A stretch of DNA of 63,736 nt, filler included, from Craspedostauros australis (lineage: Eukaryota), in the NCBI GenBank assembly GCA_030167865.1. It is 20 parts of 20 records of this genome, joined end to end, with 100 filler letters (N's around TTAATTAATTAA, not from the genome) between each part and the next. Parts side by side here need not be neighbours in the genome. Positions count along the whole stretch, not along the records: positions 1 to 1,785 come from JALAGF010002132.1; positions 1,886 to 3,287 come from JALAGF010002133.1; positions 3,388 to 5,330 come from JALAGF010002135.1; positions 5,431 to 7,673 come from JALAGF010002136.1; positions 7,774 to 10,016 come from JALAGF010002137.1; positions 10,117 to 11,369 come from JALAGF010002138.1; positions 11,470 to 33,715 come from JALAGF010002139.1; 13 more parts are not named here. One strand, given 5' to 3'. Shown here in pieces: positions 1 through 12,386 of the stretch. Made by a program: the position numbers and the translations under genes. Within the stretch, counting starts at the first letter, position 1. Each line of letters begins with the position of its first letter. A model generated the notes under the pieces. It was given only the letters and a program-made list of their open reading frames with translations. It was not told the origin of the DNA and searched no databases.

Positions 1-1785
1 GCCAACTCAGTCATCATCAACCGTTTGTTGGAAGGAGTGAATGAGGAGCCCATTCCAGAGACGGAGTTGCACTACATTCTTGGAGGGTGCGTGCAGGTGC
101 TCCTGCGCGAGCGACCACAAGTCACACCCTACAATCTGGTGACAGGAACCCACCAAGAAGACACATGGCCAGCAGCGGTCACAGAGCCAAACTACTATGG
201 CATGGATGATGAAGACGGGAATCCCTACAACGAAGATGGAGTCCATGAAGACGACATGGCAGCGGCTGCCATGAAACAGCTCCATGAGCTGAGCACCAAG
301 TACAAGGACAAGGTCATCAAGGACACCTGGCTTGCTGACAGCGGAGCTTTGTGTCACATCGTGAATTCAGACGCTGCCCTCTTCAACATGCAGCACAACA
401 AGTCCTTCATACAAGTGGGAGACAGCACAAAGCTGGACTCTCCCAAGATTGGGTCCATTTGCTTGAAGGTCAAGCAATGAGACAACACATGCCACATCAT
501 CCGACTTGACGATGTGAAGTACACACCCAAGATGTGGGTGAACCATTTCTCTACGAACAAGGCGCTGTACAACGGCTACCAGATTGGTAACGACGCCATT
601 GTGATGGACATCATCAATGGATCCAGAAAGAAGATCATCTTCAATCGTGTCTTCCCCACATCCAACGGATTCATCATGGGAGTGCATATGCATCCCATCA
701 TGCCAACCAAGGACGATAAGGCTTCCAAAGCCATTGTCAAGAGTCCATCCAAGGAGGTGAGCGCGAGGAACTTGCACTGAATGCTCGGTCATGTGCAACT
801 CNAAACCATGAAGCNGACAGCCGCCNAATACGGATGGAAGATCATCGGCGAGATGCCGGTATGTTGCGACTGCGCGGTCGCGAACGCGAGAGTGAATAAT
901 ATGTCAATGGCCAGAATCACACGAGCGACTCGCCACAGCAAACGCTTCTTCATCAACATTAGTTACACTAAACACATAGCTTCGGAGATAAACGCTACTG
1001 GACCCTGATCGTGGACGGCTGCATGGACCACTGCTGGAGTTTCTTTCTCAAGAACAAGAGTGACCAACCAGGGTACATCAAACAATTCGTCCACACGATC
1101 AAATCACAGACAGGTGATCAACAAATCATCTTCCGAGGAGACAACAGCGGAGAGAACAAATCCACACAGGATACTCTCATCGATGCTGGACTGAATGTGA
1201 AATTCGAGTTCACGGTGTCCAACACGCCACAGCAGAANNGTAGAGTGGAGCGCAAGTTTGCATATCTCTACACCAAGATCCGTTCCATGCTCAACAGAGC
1301 ACAACTCAATGATGAGTACAGGCATGGATTGTGGGCAGCAGCTGCGAGCACTGCCACTGCCATCGCCAACATCACCATGGCAAAGAACCAGAAAGCATCG
1401 CCACATCGCCAATTCTTCGACAGCGATCCACCATATGCCAATTCACTTTGAACATTCGGAGAGGTGGGTGTTGTGAAGACTACCTACAGCAGGATCACTG
1501 CCAAGCTCAAGAATAGAGGTGAAGAAATGGTGTTCATTGGATATGCACACAAACATGCATCAGGAGTGTACAATATGTACAGACCATCAACCAATTCACT
1601 GGTCTGTTCCTGCAACATCAAGTGGCTCAACCAATCATACAGACAGTTCCATGGCTGGGCACAAGCACCAAACACACTCAACGATGTAGTAATGACGGAC
1701 ACAGACGGCTTCACAACCATTGGATGGAAGGGAGCAACACCAAGGACAACAATGCGTCGAACATCAGAAGCGAAGAGAGTATCCT
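1..1785 (+). mobile_element. Degenerate Ty1/copia pol fragment (protease, integrase Zn finger, integrase core, SH3-like region)
   Basis: Motifs: WLADSGALCH protease, H-MLGH...CCDC Zn finger, RGDNSGEN, NTPQQ..RVERKF, KLKNRG..MVFIGY. In-frame TGA stops at 478, 778 and 1449; frameshift near 980; first integrase Asp appears as Asn (FFINIS). Confidence 0.92.
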
Positions 1786-1829
1786 NNNNNNNNNNNNNNN
1801 NNNNNNNNNNNNNNNNNNNNNNNNNNNNN

Positions 1830-1841
1830 TTAATTAATTAA
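1830..1841. other. Artificial contig-joining linker TTAATTAATTAA within ~44 N on each side (first of 19)
   Basis: The same 12-mer with stops in all six frames starts at 1830, 3332, 5375, 7718, 10061, 11414, 33760, 35487, 37873, 45144, 46998, 49026, 50224, 51448, 54148, 56814, 58290, 59645 and 62563, each inside a 100-bp N spacer. Confidence 0.98.
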
Positions 1842-1885
1842 NNNNNNNNNNNNNNNNNNNNNNNNNNNNNNNNNNNNNNNNNNNN

Positions 1886-3287
1886 CCAAGCAACCCACAT
1901 TTTGGCCACTACAAGGCAGCAATGATGGTGGATAGCTTGGCTAGAACGGACGTGCAGTTGCGTGATGTCCCATACCAGACGGGACACTCACCCCGACCAT
2001 GGCAACGGATCACAGACGTTGAGATCCTGAAGAAGGCCCAAGTGTTCAATATNGAGAAAATGAGGACCATTCAACTCATGGACGCCCAGTTCAACCTGAA
2101 CAATAAGAGATTGGGCAGGCAAATGATGAAGACTGCTGAGGAGGCAGNCTGATTGTCCNGGTTTCAATTCGGCAGCAGGAAATGCAAATCTGCCATGAGT
2201 GCCGCCCTGAACAAGAGGCTGAGTGTTGATCTGGGTTTCCAACAGAAGGTGGCAATTGGGTTCTGCTCGAATGATGCCAAGTCGTGTTACAACAGGATCG
2301 TCCCCAACTTTGTGGCAGCTGCAATGATAGCGGCAGGCGCAAATGGGGCAGCCATGTGGAGCATGTTCAAGACCCTTCGAGACGCCAACCACCGCATCAG
2401 CACAGCGTATGGGGTGTCAGATAGGTCATACCGTCGAGGCCCAGACTGTGAAATGCATGGCATTGGACAAGGCAACGGAGCAGGCCCTGCGATTTGGGCC
2501 GTCATCAGCTCCGTGATGTTCAATGCTATGCTCAAGTTGGGGCATGCATCCCAAGTGACGACGCCCGACGGAGAGGTCATTGAGATCCTCGGCTCGGCGT
2601 TTGTTGACGACACGGATCTGGTCCAACTGGAGGTCACAGGCAGCGAAGGAGCCGACACGGAGGCATTCAAGAGTATGGTCCACGACTGGAGCCGGCTGTT
2701 GAGAGTGACAGGCGGGGCGTTGGTTCCTGCTAAGTCAGCTTGGTGGGCCATCCAGCCCGAGTTCGTCAAAGACGAGTGGGGCTGGAAGGACGTCGACACC
2801 CGCACCACCATCCAAATCGAGGACGGAAATGGTGTCAGGCCAGAGATACCCTACAAGACGATGGACCAACCCCTGTTCAAACTGGGAGTGTTCATTGATT
2901 TCGACGGCGACCAGACAGAGCAGATGCAGAGGATGCGAGCGAAGGCCGAGGATTTCGGAGACAGAATGCNNNNNNNNNNNNNNNNNNNNNNNNNNNNNNN
3001 NNNNNNNNNNNNNNNNNNNNNNNNNNNNNNNNNNNNNNNNNNNNNNNNNNNNNNNNNNNNNNNNNNNNNNNNNNNNNNNNNNNNNNNNNNNNNNNNNNNN
3101 NNNNNNNNNCTTCCAAAAATGGGAGTGTCCAGGAACTTCCCACGGGCCCTTGTGTACGGCACAACCTCGCTTGGCGGGTTGGGAATCATTAACCCGGCCA
3201 ACACCCAGCTGATTTCACAAATACAGCTTGCATTTGATGAGGTGCATCGAGGAACCCAGACAGGAAAGATGATCGAATGCTCTATTC
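1886..3287 (+). mobile_element. Non-LTR (LINE-type) retrotransposon reverse transcriptase fragment
   Basis: Motifs: KMRTIQLMDAQFN, QFGSRK, DAKSCYNRI, GIGQGNGAGPAIW, AFVDDTDL, GGALVPAKS, LGGLGI. One in-frame TGA at 2150; both ends truncated. Confidence 0.9.
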
Positions 3288-3387
3288 NNNNNNNNNNNNN
3301 NNNNNNNNNNNNNNNNNNNNNNNNNNNNNNNTTAATTAATTAANNNNNNNNNNNNNNNNNNNNNNNNNNNNNNNNNNNNNNNNNNNN

Positions 3388-4887
3388 CATCATGTTAATA
3401 CCTGCGGCGTCTTGGTTGGCGAGCCAATCCAGTGCTCTGTACTGGACGGTGGATCGATCTTCCAAAACCTCTCTACCGGTGTTCGTCGGTTCGTCCTCCA
3501 GAGTCTGTGCCAAGCGATTGATCAGCGTGTCGAATTGCATGGTCTGCGGCGTGAAGGTTGGACTAGATGACGCGATGGGTGCTCCTGTCGGTACCGATGT
3601 CCCCAGGGATTTATCATCGGCGCCAGAAGATCTGTTGGATTTGCGACCTGACAGAGCAACGCCGATTCCAGCGCCGATGCCTGCCAAGACCAAAGCGACG
3701 ACGACGCCCAGCCATGACCTGCGCCTGCTGTTCCTGTTGCGACTGCTGGAATTGCCATTTTGATCGTCTTTCGTCGCCTCGACAGCTTCGGCGGCCACAA
3801 CTGCGCCAGTCGTGAGCGTGGCGCCGTCATGGCGAGCTTGCTCCAAACGCATGTGTTCGGAAAATTCTTGTTCGAGAAGTTCCTTGATGCGGTCCTCCAT
3901 GTCCTCTTCGTTTGCCTCCAGTTGGTCTGTGATGGGAATGGCAACCGGGGCGTGGTCTTCGGCTGGGCTCGTGGAGGTGGTAGGGGTGTTAGATGGCGCA
4001 TGCTGGTGCATCGCTGAGGCTGGTGGTGTGCGAGCAAGGCCGAAAGAAGAGGTCGATCCAATTGATTCACGAAAGTTGTCACCGGTCCGAACGAATCCTG
4101 GTTGATATGGCGCAGTCTGCTTTGCTTCATCCACAAGCTGCAACAGCTCCTCTTCATCCTGGTGGATTTCCTCTCCGCTGCGGTTGGATGTGGTGGAACT
4201 GTTGGGGTGGGGGCTGTGTCGCGGTGATCGAACGCCCTGAGGAAAGCCGAATTCGGTCACATCGCGCTTGCCATTGACGGGCGGCCCGTCGATAGCCGTC
4301 GTGGAGGTGTGAGGGGGTGCTGGGACAGCCCCGACCTTCTGAGACAGTCTGTAGGCCATGCTGGATGAACCCGTAGCTTCTGACTCTCCGGCACCTTGCC
4401 TTGCGGATTGATCGCCCGAGAAAGGCACGGCGCCCGGTCGCAGCAGCGATGATGACGAGTTTGGTTGCTCCGATCCAATCGCACAAAAATGACCAACGCC
4501 CGGCGAGGAAGGATCGCTCGGGCGGGTCGCAGCAGCGGCACGTAGCGCTGCGGCTCTGGCCTTTGCCTTGGCATCAGCGTCAGCAGTGGAACTGAACTCG
4601 GCTGATGTGCCGTTGCGGCGGTTCCTGTCTCGGCTGATGAGCACCTGCCGACGCCGAGACGGAGGCTTCTGATCATCCGTGACATCAGCGGTGATGACGT
4701 TGTCGGTCTCGTTTCTCATCCTTTCTGGCGTCGATCTGTGCGATCCTGGGACGATGTCCACGCTTGGCAGCTGGCGATCGTCAGGGGTCTTCACATGGCT
4801 GTGGTCGTTATTGGCTGCCTTCTTGCGCCTGCCCTGTCGCTTCTTGTCATCGTCGGGGCTCTTTGTTGCTATTTGTTTGACTTCCAT
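3388..4887 (-). CDS. N-terminal part of a diatom-type LRR receptor-like single-pass membrane protein (3' truncated)
   Basis: Long disordered N-terminus with PGAV-type motifs, AVVAAEAV, basic stretch plus TM helix (WLGVVVALVLAGIGAGIGVAL), P/T linker, then QYRALDWLANQD, a motif that typically precedes LRRs in this family. The LRRs themselves lie beyond the contig end. Confidence 0.65.
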
Positions 4888-5430
4888 CGCTGATAGTATC
4901 TCCTCCTTGTTGTTGCTGTGGTGGCGGCCTTCGATGTCTCTTGACCCTGGTGTGATGTGAGACGAGTTGTGACTGATTCGGAATCAGATGTGCACAACAA
5001 CTCATTCTGAGACCTCAAAGCTCTCCGGGAGAACTTCGCAACTTCGACGAAAGATGGCGGGAGGAATTGCCATTGTTGGTGTTTGGTGTTGTGTGGTGGT
5101 TTGCTTTTGTGCACGATGCCGAAACAATGCGGAAAAAGCCTGCGCAGCAGCCGATCCGCTTCGCCATCAAGTCGAACAGCGCAGTCATGTGACTTTTGAC
5201 AAAAGTTTGTCACGAAGACTGCAGCGATAAACCCACACAGAAGCCATGTATACGCATGTTGTAAGAATATTGTACCACTATGAGCTATTCTGACGGTTAA
5301 GTCTTTCTGAAGGGAGTGATTGATCACTCTNNNNNNNNNNNNNNNNNNNNNNNNNNNNNNNNNNNNNNNNNNNNTTAATTAATTAANNNNNNNNNNNNNN
5401 NNNNNNNNNNNNNNNNNNNNNNNNNNNNNN

Positions 5431-7673
5431 GCCTGTCGGTAGTTGAAGAACTCGGACTGCAGACGTTGTCGCTCGGCATCCGAGTCAGGTAGGACAGCTT
5501 GATCCAACTGGCGCACGTGCCCATTATCCGCTCGCATGGGTAGGCGTTGTGAAGACTTCAGTCCCTGCCAATCGTGCCGTTGTAGCACCTTGTCAATGTA
5601 GGTAGAGCAGTGCACCGTCACATGCCGCCTTGCCTGGATGAGATCCAGCCCATTGTAATGCGCGAAGAGACCGTGTCGAGTGATGGGCTGATTCAGACGA
5701 GCATCGAGCATGTCACAGAATCTGACGTAGGAAGCCTCATCGCGAGTTGCCACTGCAAAGTCATCCACCTGCCGAAGCACGTAAACTTTGTGCTGACAGA
5801 GCTCACCGGTGTACAAACACGGCGCTTGCGTAGTGGCAGAGAATCCCATGTCCTTGAGAAGACGGTTGACGTGTAGACTCCACTGTCGGGGCGCCTCAGG
5901 ATGGCCCTGGAGATTCTTGAGAACAGGTACCACCATGCGTCGATCCAGAACCTCGCCATGCTTGTGTTGCCACCAGGTGCGAAACTGATCATCCGCCCGC
6001 ATGTAGTACCGCTGCGCACTGGCAGGTGCCTCCGCAAACGCATTGGCAACGTCGGCCCCATACACCAGCAGTCCTTGTACTGCAGCAATGGCCACCAGGA
6101 TGCGAAACTCGGTGAGATCCGGAGTCGCCGCGTAGGTGTGACCAAAAACGCGCACACTGCCGCCACGGGTCGATCCATCACATACGGCGCGAGCCTTCTT
6201 GCGATTGTTTTCATGTGTCTTGATGACATAGACCCACACCCAGTTGAAGACTGCCGCATCCGGCGGTGGCTCGACAGGAGCGCCAAACATGCCTTGATGT
6301 TGGTATTGATCCAGCTGCTTGTACTCCGCCTGTTGCCACTCATCCCAATCGTCGCGTTGAAGAAGATGTCGTCGAGTGAGCTTGGGCGGTGTAACCAGAG
6401 GATGTGCTGCTGGCGATATGTCGTCAAGAATGGACCCCACATGCCGAAGCTGATCAAAATACAGCTGCGGAACGCCATGCTGCGTGAGAGAGTTGCGAAT
6501 GTCATCAAAAGCAAACACAGCATCGCATGTGTCCTGACCCTTCTGGCGGGCATCACGTACGGCCTGCACGACATCCTGCACAGAGTGAATCTCATGTGCG
6601 TCAATGGCAAGCAGATACGACCCTTTGAGCCGAGACCGCCACCTTGGGATGCGCGCCGAAACCGAGCCGGGCTTGCATGTCTTGAGCTGTAACCTGCCGC
6701 GCATCTCATCACGTTGAAACTCCAGACCTGCAGTGACGTCGTCGCCGGCAAGAACGATGTGCTGATGAAACGCTCGCTCGTACGGATTGCCCGTCAGGTG
6801 AATGATGTCGGCACTCTCGACTCCATCGGTAGAGCAGGCTGCCGCCGCCGCATGCAGAGCATCGTCATCATAAGTGACAGGATAGGCGCACTCGACCGGA
6901 AGACTCATGGCACCTGGCTTGGCTTTCGCAGACTCCGAATGTTGGTCATCGGCGCCGCCATGATCCAGCTGGAACCCGAGATCAAACAGAAGCTGAGGCC
7001 CCGGCGGACGTTCGTGAGCGGAGAAGTGCGCTTCATCAAAGATGAGATTGCCTGCCGACTTAATACGTCCTGAATCCAAGTCGTAGTAATCATGGATCGA
7101 GGGAGTCGCAGTATGGCCGACAAAGATGCCATCGTATGTGTGGACGTCCAGTTTTGCGGCTGGATACCCTGGCTTGCGTACAATCACTCTGGAACCGAAC
7201 ACCCGCAGGTGTCGAAGATCGGGTTGGACACCGTGTTGGAGCTGGTAGGGAGTAGTGTCGATGCTTGAATGCCACAACCGATTCTTGACGTACACCGCAT
7301 GAGCAAGGGCACGCGCCCAGAACTTGGGATGTAACCCCGAAGCATACAGGAGCGACCGTGTCATGACACCGAACGTCCGATTGAGCCGTTCGACCTTGCC
7401 GTTCATCCATGAACACCCGGCCCCGGTGGGCTCAAGAGTGTATCCGGCCGACTGAACCACGGTTTGGAAAGCACCAGACCGCGCGAGTTCGCCGCCAGAG
7501 TCCACTCTCACCGCCTTGCAACCGTCTTTGCATCCAAATTCCCGAAGTAGGTTGGCAAAGATGGTGACAGGCGGAGACCTGGTCCTGGTAGGAAACACCC
7601 AGGTGTACCTGGTGTAGGCATCAGTGACAAGGAGGTACGAAGTGAACCCTTCAATGGACTGCACCACCCGACG
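5431..7673 (-). mobile_element. CoDi-like Ty1/copia pol fragment, copy A: integrase core, SH3-like, PDZ-like insert, RT; open frame
   Basis: Integrase motifs YLLVTDAYTRYTWVF, VRVDSGGE, NGKVERLNRT. RT motifs KARAVCDGS, GADVANAF, KNLQGHPEAPRQW, LRQVDDF. Copia order IN before RT; no stops over the contig. Confidence 0.95.
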
Positions 7674-7773
7674 NNNNNNNNNNNNNNNNNNNNNNNNNNN
7701 NNNNNNNNNNNNNNNNNTTAATTAATTAANNNNNNNNNNNNNNNNNNNNNNNNNNNNNNNNNNNNNNNNNNNN

Positions 7774-10016
7774 GCCTGTCGGTAGTTGAAGAACTCGGAC
7801 TGCAGACGTTGTCGCTCGGCATCCGAGTCAGGTAGGACAGCTTGATCCAACTGGCGCACGTGCCCATTATCCGCTCGCATGGGTAGGCGTTGTGAAGACT
7901 TCAGTCCCTGCCAATCGTGCCGTTGTAGCACCTTGTCAATGTAGGTAGAGCAGTGCACCGTCACATGCCGCCTTGCCTGGATGAGATCCAGCCCATTGTA
8001 ATGCGCGAAGAGACCGTGTCGAGTGATGGGCTGATTCAGACGAGCATCGAGCATGTCACAGAATCTGACGTAGGAAGCCTCATCGCGAGTTGCCACTGCA
8101 AAGTCATCCACCTGCCGAAGCACGTAAACTTTGTGCTGACAGAGCTCACCGGTGTACAAACACGGCGCTTGCGTAGTGGCAGAGAATCCCATGTCCTTGA
8201 GAAGACGGTTGACGTGTAGACTCCACTGTCGGGGCGCCTCAGGATGGCCCTGGAGATTCTTGAGAACAGGTACCACCATGCGTCGATCCAGAACCTCGCC
8301 ATGCTTGTGTTGCCACCAGGTGCGAAACTGATCATCCGCCCGCATGTAGTACCGCTGCGCACTGGCAGGTGCCTCCGCAAACGCATTGGCAACGTCGGCC
8401 CCATACACCAGCAGTCCTTGTACTGCAGCAATGGCCACCAGGATGCGAAACTCGGTGAGATCCGGAGTCGCCGCGTAGGTGTGACCAAAAACGCGCACAC
8501 TGCCGCCACGGGTCGATCCATCACATACGGCGCGAGCCTTCTTGCGATTGTTTTCATGCGTCTTGACGACATAGACCCACACCCAGTTGAAGACTGCCGC
8601 ATCCGGCGGTGGTTCGACAGGAGCGCCAAACATGCCTTGATGTTGGTATTGATCCAGCTGCTTGTACTCCGCCTGCTGCCACTCATCCCAATCGTCGCGT
8701 TGAAGAAGACGTCGTCGAGTGAGCTTGGGCGGTGTAACCAGAGGATGTGCTGTTGGCGATATGTCGTCGAGAATGGACCCCACATGCCGAAGCTGATCAA
8801 AATACAGCTGCGGAACGCCATGCTGCGTGAGAGAGTTGCGAATGTCATCAAAAGCAAACACAGCATCGCATGTGTCCTGACCCTTCTGGCGGGCATCACG
8901 TACGGCCTGCACGACATCCTGCACAGAGTGAATCTCATGTGCGTCAATGGCAAGCAGATACGACCCTTTGAGCCGAGACCGCCACCTTGGGATGCGCGCC
9001 GAAACCGAGCCGGGCTTGCATGTCTTGAGCTGTAACCTGCCGCGCATCTCATCACGTTGAAACTCCAGACCTGCAGTGACGTCGTCGCCGGCAAGAACGA
9101 TGTGCTGATGAAACGCTCGCTCGTACGGATTGCCCGTCAGGTGAATGATGTCGGCACTCTCGACTCCATCGGTAGAGCAGGCTGCCGCCGCCGCATGCAG
9201 AGCATCGTCATCATAAGTGACAGGATAGGCGCACTCGACCGGAAGACTCATGGCACCTGGCTTGGCTTTCGCAGACTCCGAATGTTGGTCATCGGCGCCG
9301 CCATGATCCAGCTGGAACCCGAGATCAAACAGAAGCTGAGGCCCCGGCGGACGTTCGTGAGCGGAGAAGTGCGCTTCATCAAAGATGAGATTGCCTGCCG
9401 ACTTAATACGTCCTGAATCCAAGTCGTAGTAATCATGGATCGAGGGAGTCGCAGTATGGCCGACAAAGATGCCATCGTATGTGTGGACGTCCAGTTTTGC
9501 GGCTGGATACCCTGGCTTGCGTACAATCACTCTGGAACCGAACACCCGCAGGTGTCGAAGATCGGGTTGGACACCGTGTTGGAGCTGGTAGGGAGTAGTG
9601 TCGATGCTTGAATGCCACAACCGATTCTTGACGTACACCGCATGAGCAAGGGCACGCGCCCAGAACTTGGGATGTAACCCCGAAGCATACAGGAGCGACC
9701 GTGTCATGACACCGAACGTCCGATTGAGCCGTTCGACCTTGCCGTTCATCCATGAACACCCGGCCCCGGTGGGCTCAAGAGTGTATCCGGCCGACTGAAC
9801 CACGGTTTGGAAAGCACCAGACCGCGCGAGTTCGCCGCCAGAGTCCACTCTCACCGCCTTGCAACCGTCTTTGCATCCAAATTCCCGAAGTAGGTTGGCA
9901 AAGATGGTGACAGGCGGAGACCTGGTCCTGGTAGGAAACACCCAGGTGTACCTGGTGTAGGCATCAGTGACAAGGAGGTACGAAGTGAACCCTTCAATGG
10001 ACTGCACCACCCGACG
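7774..10016 (-). mobile_element. CoDi-like Ty1/copia pol fragment, copy B (near-identical to 5431-7673)
   Basis: Same start and end bases as copy A (offset 2343); 7 substitutions seen. Confidence 0.95.
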
Positions 10017-12386
10017 NNNNNNNNNNNNNNNNNNNNNNNNNNNNNNNNNNNNNNNNNNNNTTAATTAATTAANNNNNNNNNNNNNNNNNNNNNNNNNNNN
10101 NNNNNNNNNNNNNNNNAACACGGCAGAGAGTCCGTCGTTGCTCATGTGATCCTTTTGTGCTGGTTCGATTCTCGCTTTGTTTTCCGTTCTGCACTGCGCG
10201 TTTTTGTTGAGTGACCTTGTGTCATGCTCCTCTACATCCATTACAATATCATGTGCACTGCATACTCTACGCACATCCTACTATTCTACTCTGCATGATG
10301 TTGCTTTTCTGCATAATCGATCTGGGTTGTTTGCCAACTGCTATCTTTGCTATTCTAACATGACGTGCACAATCACCTCCATCACTGAATGGGAAAGAGT
10401 AGTCTTTCGCATCTTTGTTTTCGTGTTGTTTGTGTGTCGGAATGTGCATAGGTGTATGTGCATTACTCACCTATTGTTCTCTTGTACTCTCTGTGCAAAC
10501 GGCGCTAACATTCGTGTCATCAATGAAGCGTGATTGAGTGAATCACATCACGAATTTACGCGCGCCAATGTGTTCACCATTTCAGAAGGCAATGGGTGAA
10601 CAACATTATCTGAAAGCATCAGATATTTGGTCTGTCCATCCATTCCACAGAAACAAGTGACATCAAGTCCAGGTCGAAATATTTCACAACTATCCCTTCA
10701 TGACCTAGGGGATTACTTCGATCCAATATATATTTCATTCTCACCCCATTCCGTTTTTGACCGCAACTTTTACATGTACCCCTCCACTTTTCTTGTACCA
10801 ACGGAATCCTTGGGAGTTGGCGCTTCTTCTTATCTTCCTGAATCAGGGGTCTTCTTACTGCGGTCGGGTCGCCATCGTCCTCCGAAGTACTCGTGAATCA
10901 TTGTTTCGGCGACGGGACTGATGGGAAAACTCATCAGCTAGGCCATCATCGCTGATTTTCGTGACACATCAATGATTTCTCGGTGCTCACATCTCTCAAC
11001 TCGATCGCCGTTTTCGCATGCATCANNNNNNNNNNNNNNNNNNNNNNNNNNNNNNNNNNNNNNNNNNNNNNNNNNNNNNNNNNNNNNNNNNNNNNNNNNN
11101 NNNNNNNNNNNNNNNNNNNNNNNNNGCAATCTCTTTGATTGTTTCTTCTCACCGTCGAAGAGATCATCGCGATTGGTGATCACAAAATTGCAATCGCAAT
11201 TCCAACCATTCCACATCATCGATCGCCCATCACAACACAAGCACAGCCGATCTCATGCACCCGCAGCCATGCCTGCATCATTTCTGGCTTCTCCCACATC
11301 CAAGCGTGCCAAAGTATCCAAGCCTTCTTCCAATGGCGCGGCAAGCTACAATTGCGCCAAACCCTTCGTNNNNNNNNNNNNNNNNNNNNNNNNNNNNNNN
11401 NNNNNNNNNNNNNTTAATTAATTAANNNNNNNNNNNNNNNNNNNNNNNNNNNNNNNNNNNNNNNNNNNNCATCTTCAACGCTATCAATATCATGAATCGC
11501 ATAGGTGTCTCGATTACTTGTTTCCGACGAATAGCCAACCTTAAAGCAGGCATGTCACAATGACTGGCGTGCTTGTTATTCCATTCAAGGATGTCAATTG
11601 TTGGAAGAAGTGTGAATGTAGCAACGAGAAGGAGGCCATTGATGCTCTTTGCCATCAAGTATACTCTACAATAATCAGTTCAGGTGATTTTATGGTGGAG
11701 GAACATGCGATGGAAGTATGATCTTAACTTGGAACAGTGCAACCGAGTGTGTGCCTAAGTACGATGTGCACTATTGTGCCAATCAAACTCAGGACTGCGT
11801 TTTCAGAAGTCTAACTTTGTGTCTACTTTGGGTAGACNTTGGTCGTCTGTCGTGCATACGTCGGATTTTTGTGCGCACCGAAGTCTGCGGTGCGATTTCC
11901 AACAATACCGCAACCTCCTTGAGCCGGCATGGCAGATCACAAACTCATTCAAGAATGCAATCGTCGTTGAGTTTGCTAATGGTGGGTACGGTTCTACGAG
12001 TAATGCGATGGCTTAGTTTACCATCTTGAGTATTGTCGTCCTTGTTTGTGTTGTGTTAGGTATGTTGGGCTGTGTTGACATTCGAGAACATGGATGCAAC
12101 CATGGCATCTCCATCTCTGTTGTCTTCTTGCTGATGCTTCAACCTCTCGGATACCCAGATTCAGTCGCTGAGACAGCCGTGTCTGCGTCGCGTTCAGAAC
12201 TCGTCGCACCATTTCACACAAGGGCTTCGTGCAACTCATGGTTGCTGGCATCTGCGTCTGTACATTTCTCCCTGTCCCAACTGCGTCCGTGATTGCTGCA
12301 TGGCTTCTTGAGTGGATGCATGCACACGGACGCTCTCATGTCTATCTAGCGGAGATATATATAGTATAGAGAGAGAATGTGAGGAT

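Noticed and set aside
478..1451. TGA recoding (selenocysteine or alternative genetic code) in the copia ORF
   Set aside because: The sister copy has CGA at the homologous site and there is also a frameshift; mutational decay explains it.
5431..10016. Tandem duplication of a 2.3-kb pol segment
   Set aside because: The copies are separate contigs with identical ends, split by a linker; tandem arrangement is not shown.
10117..11369. Possible decayed transposase on the minus strand (CxxC-containing fragments)
   Set aside because: Multiple stops and no diagnostic motif; cannot be assigned.
11470..12030. Fragmented coding-like sequence at the contig start
   Set aside because: Short frames broken by stops with no recognisable family.
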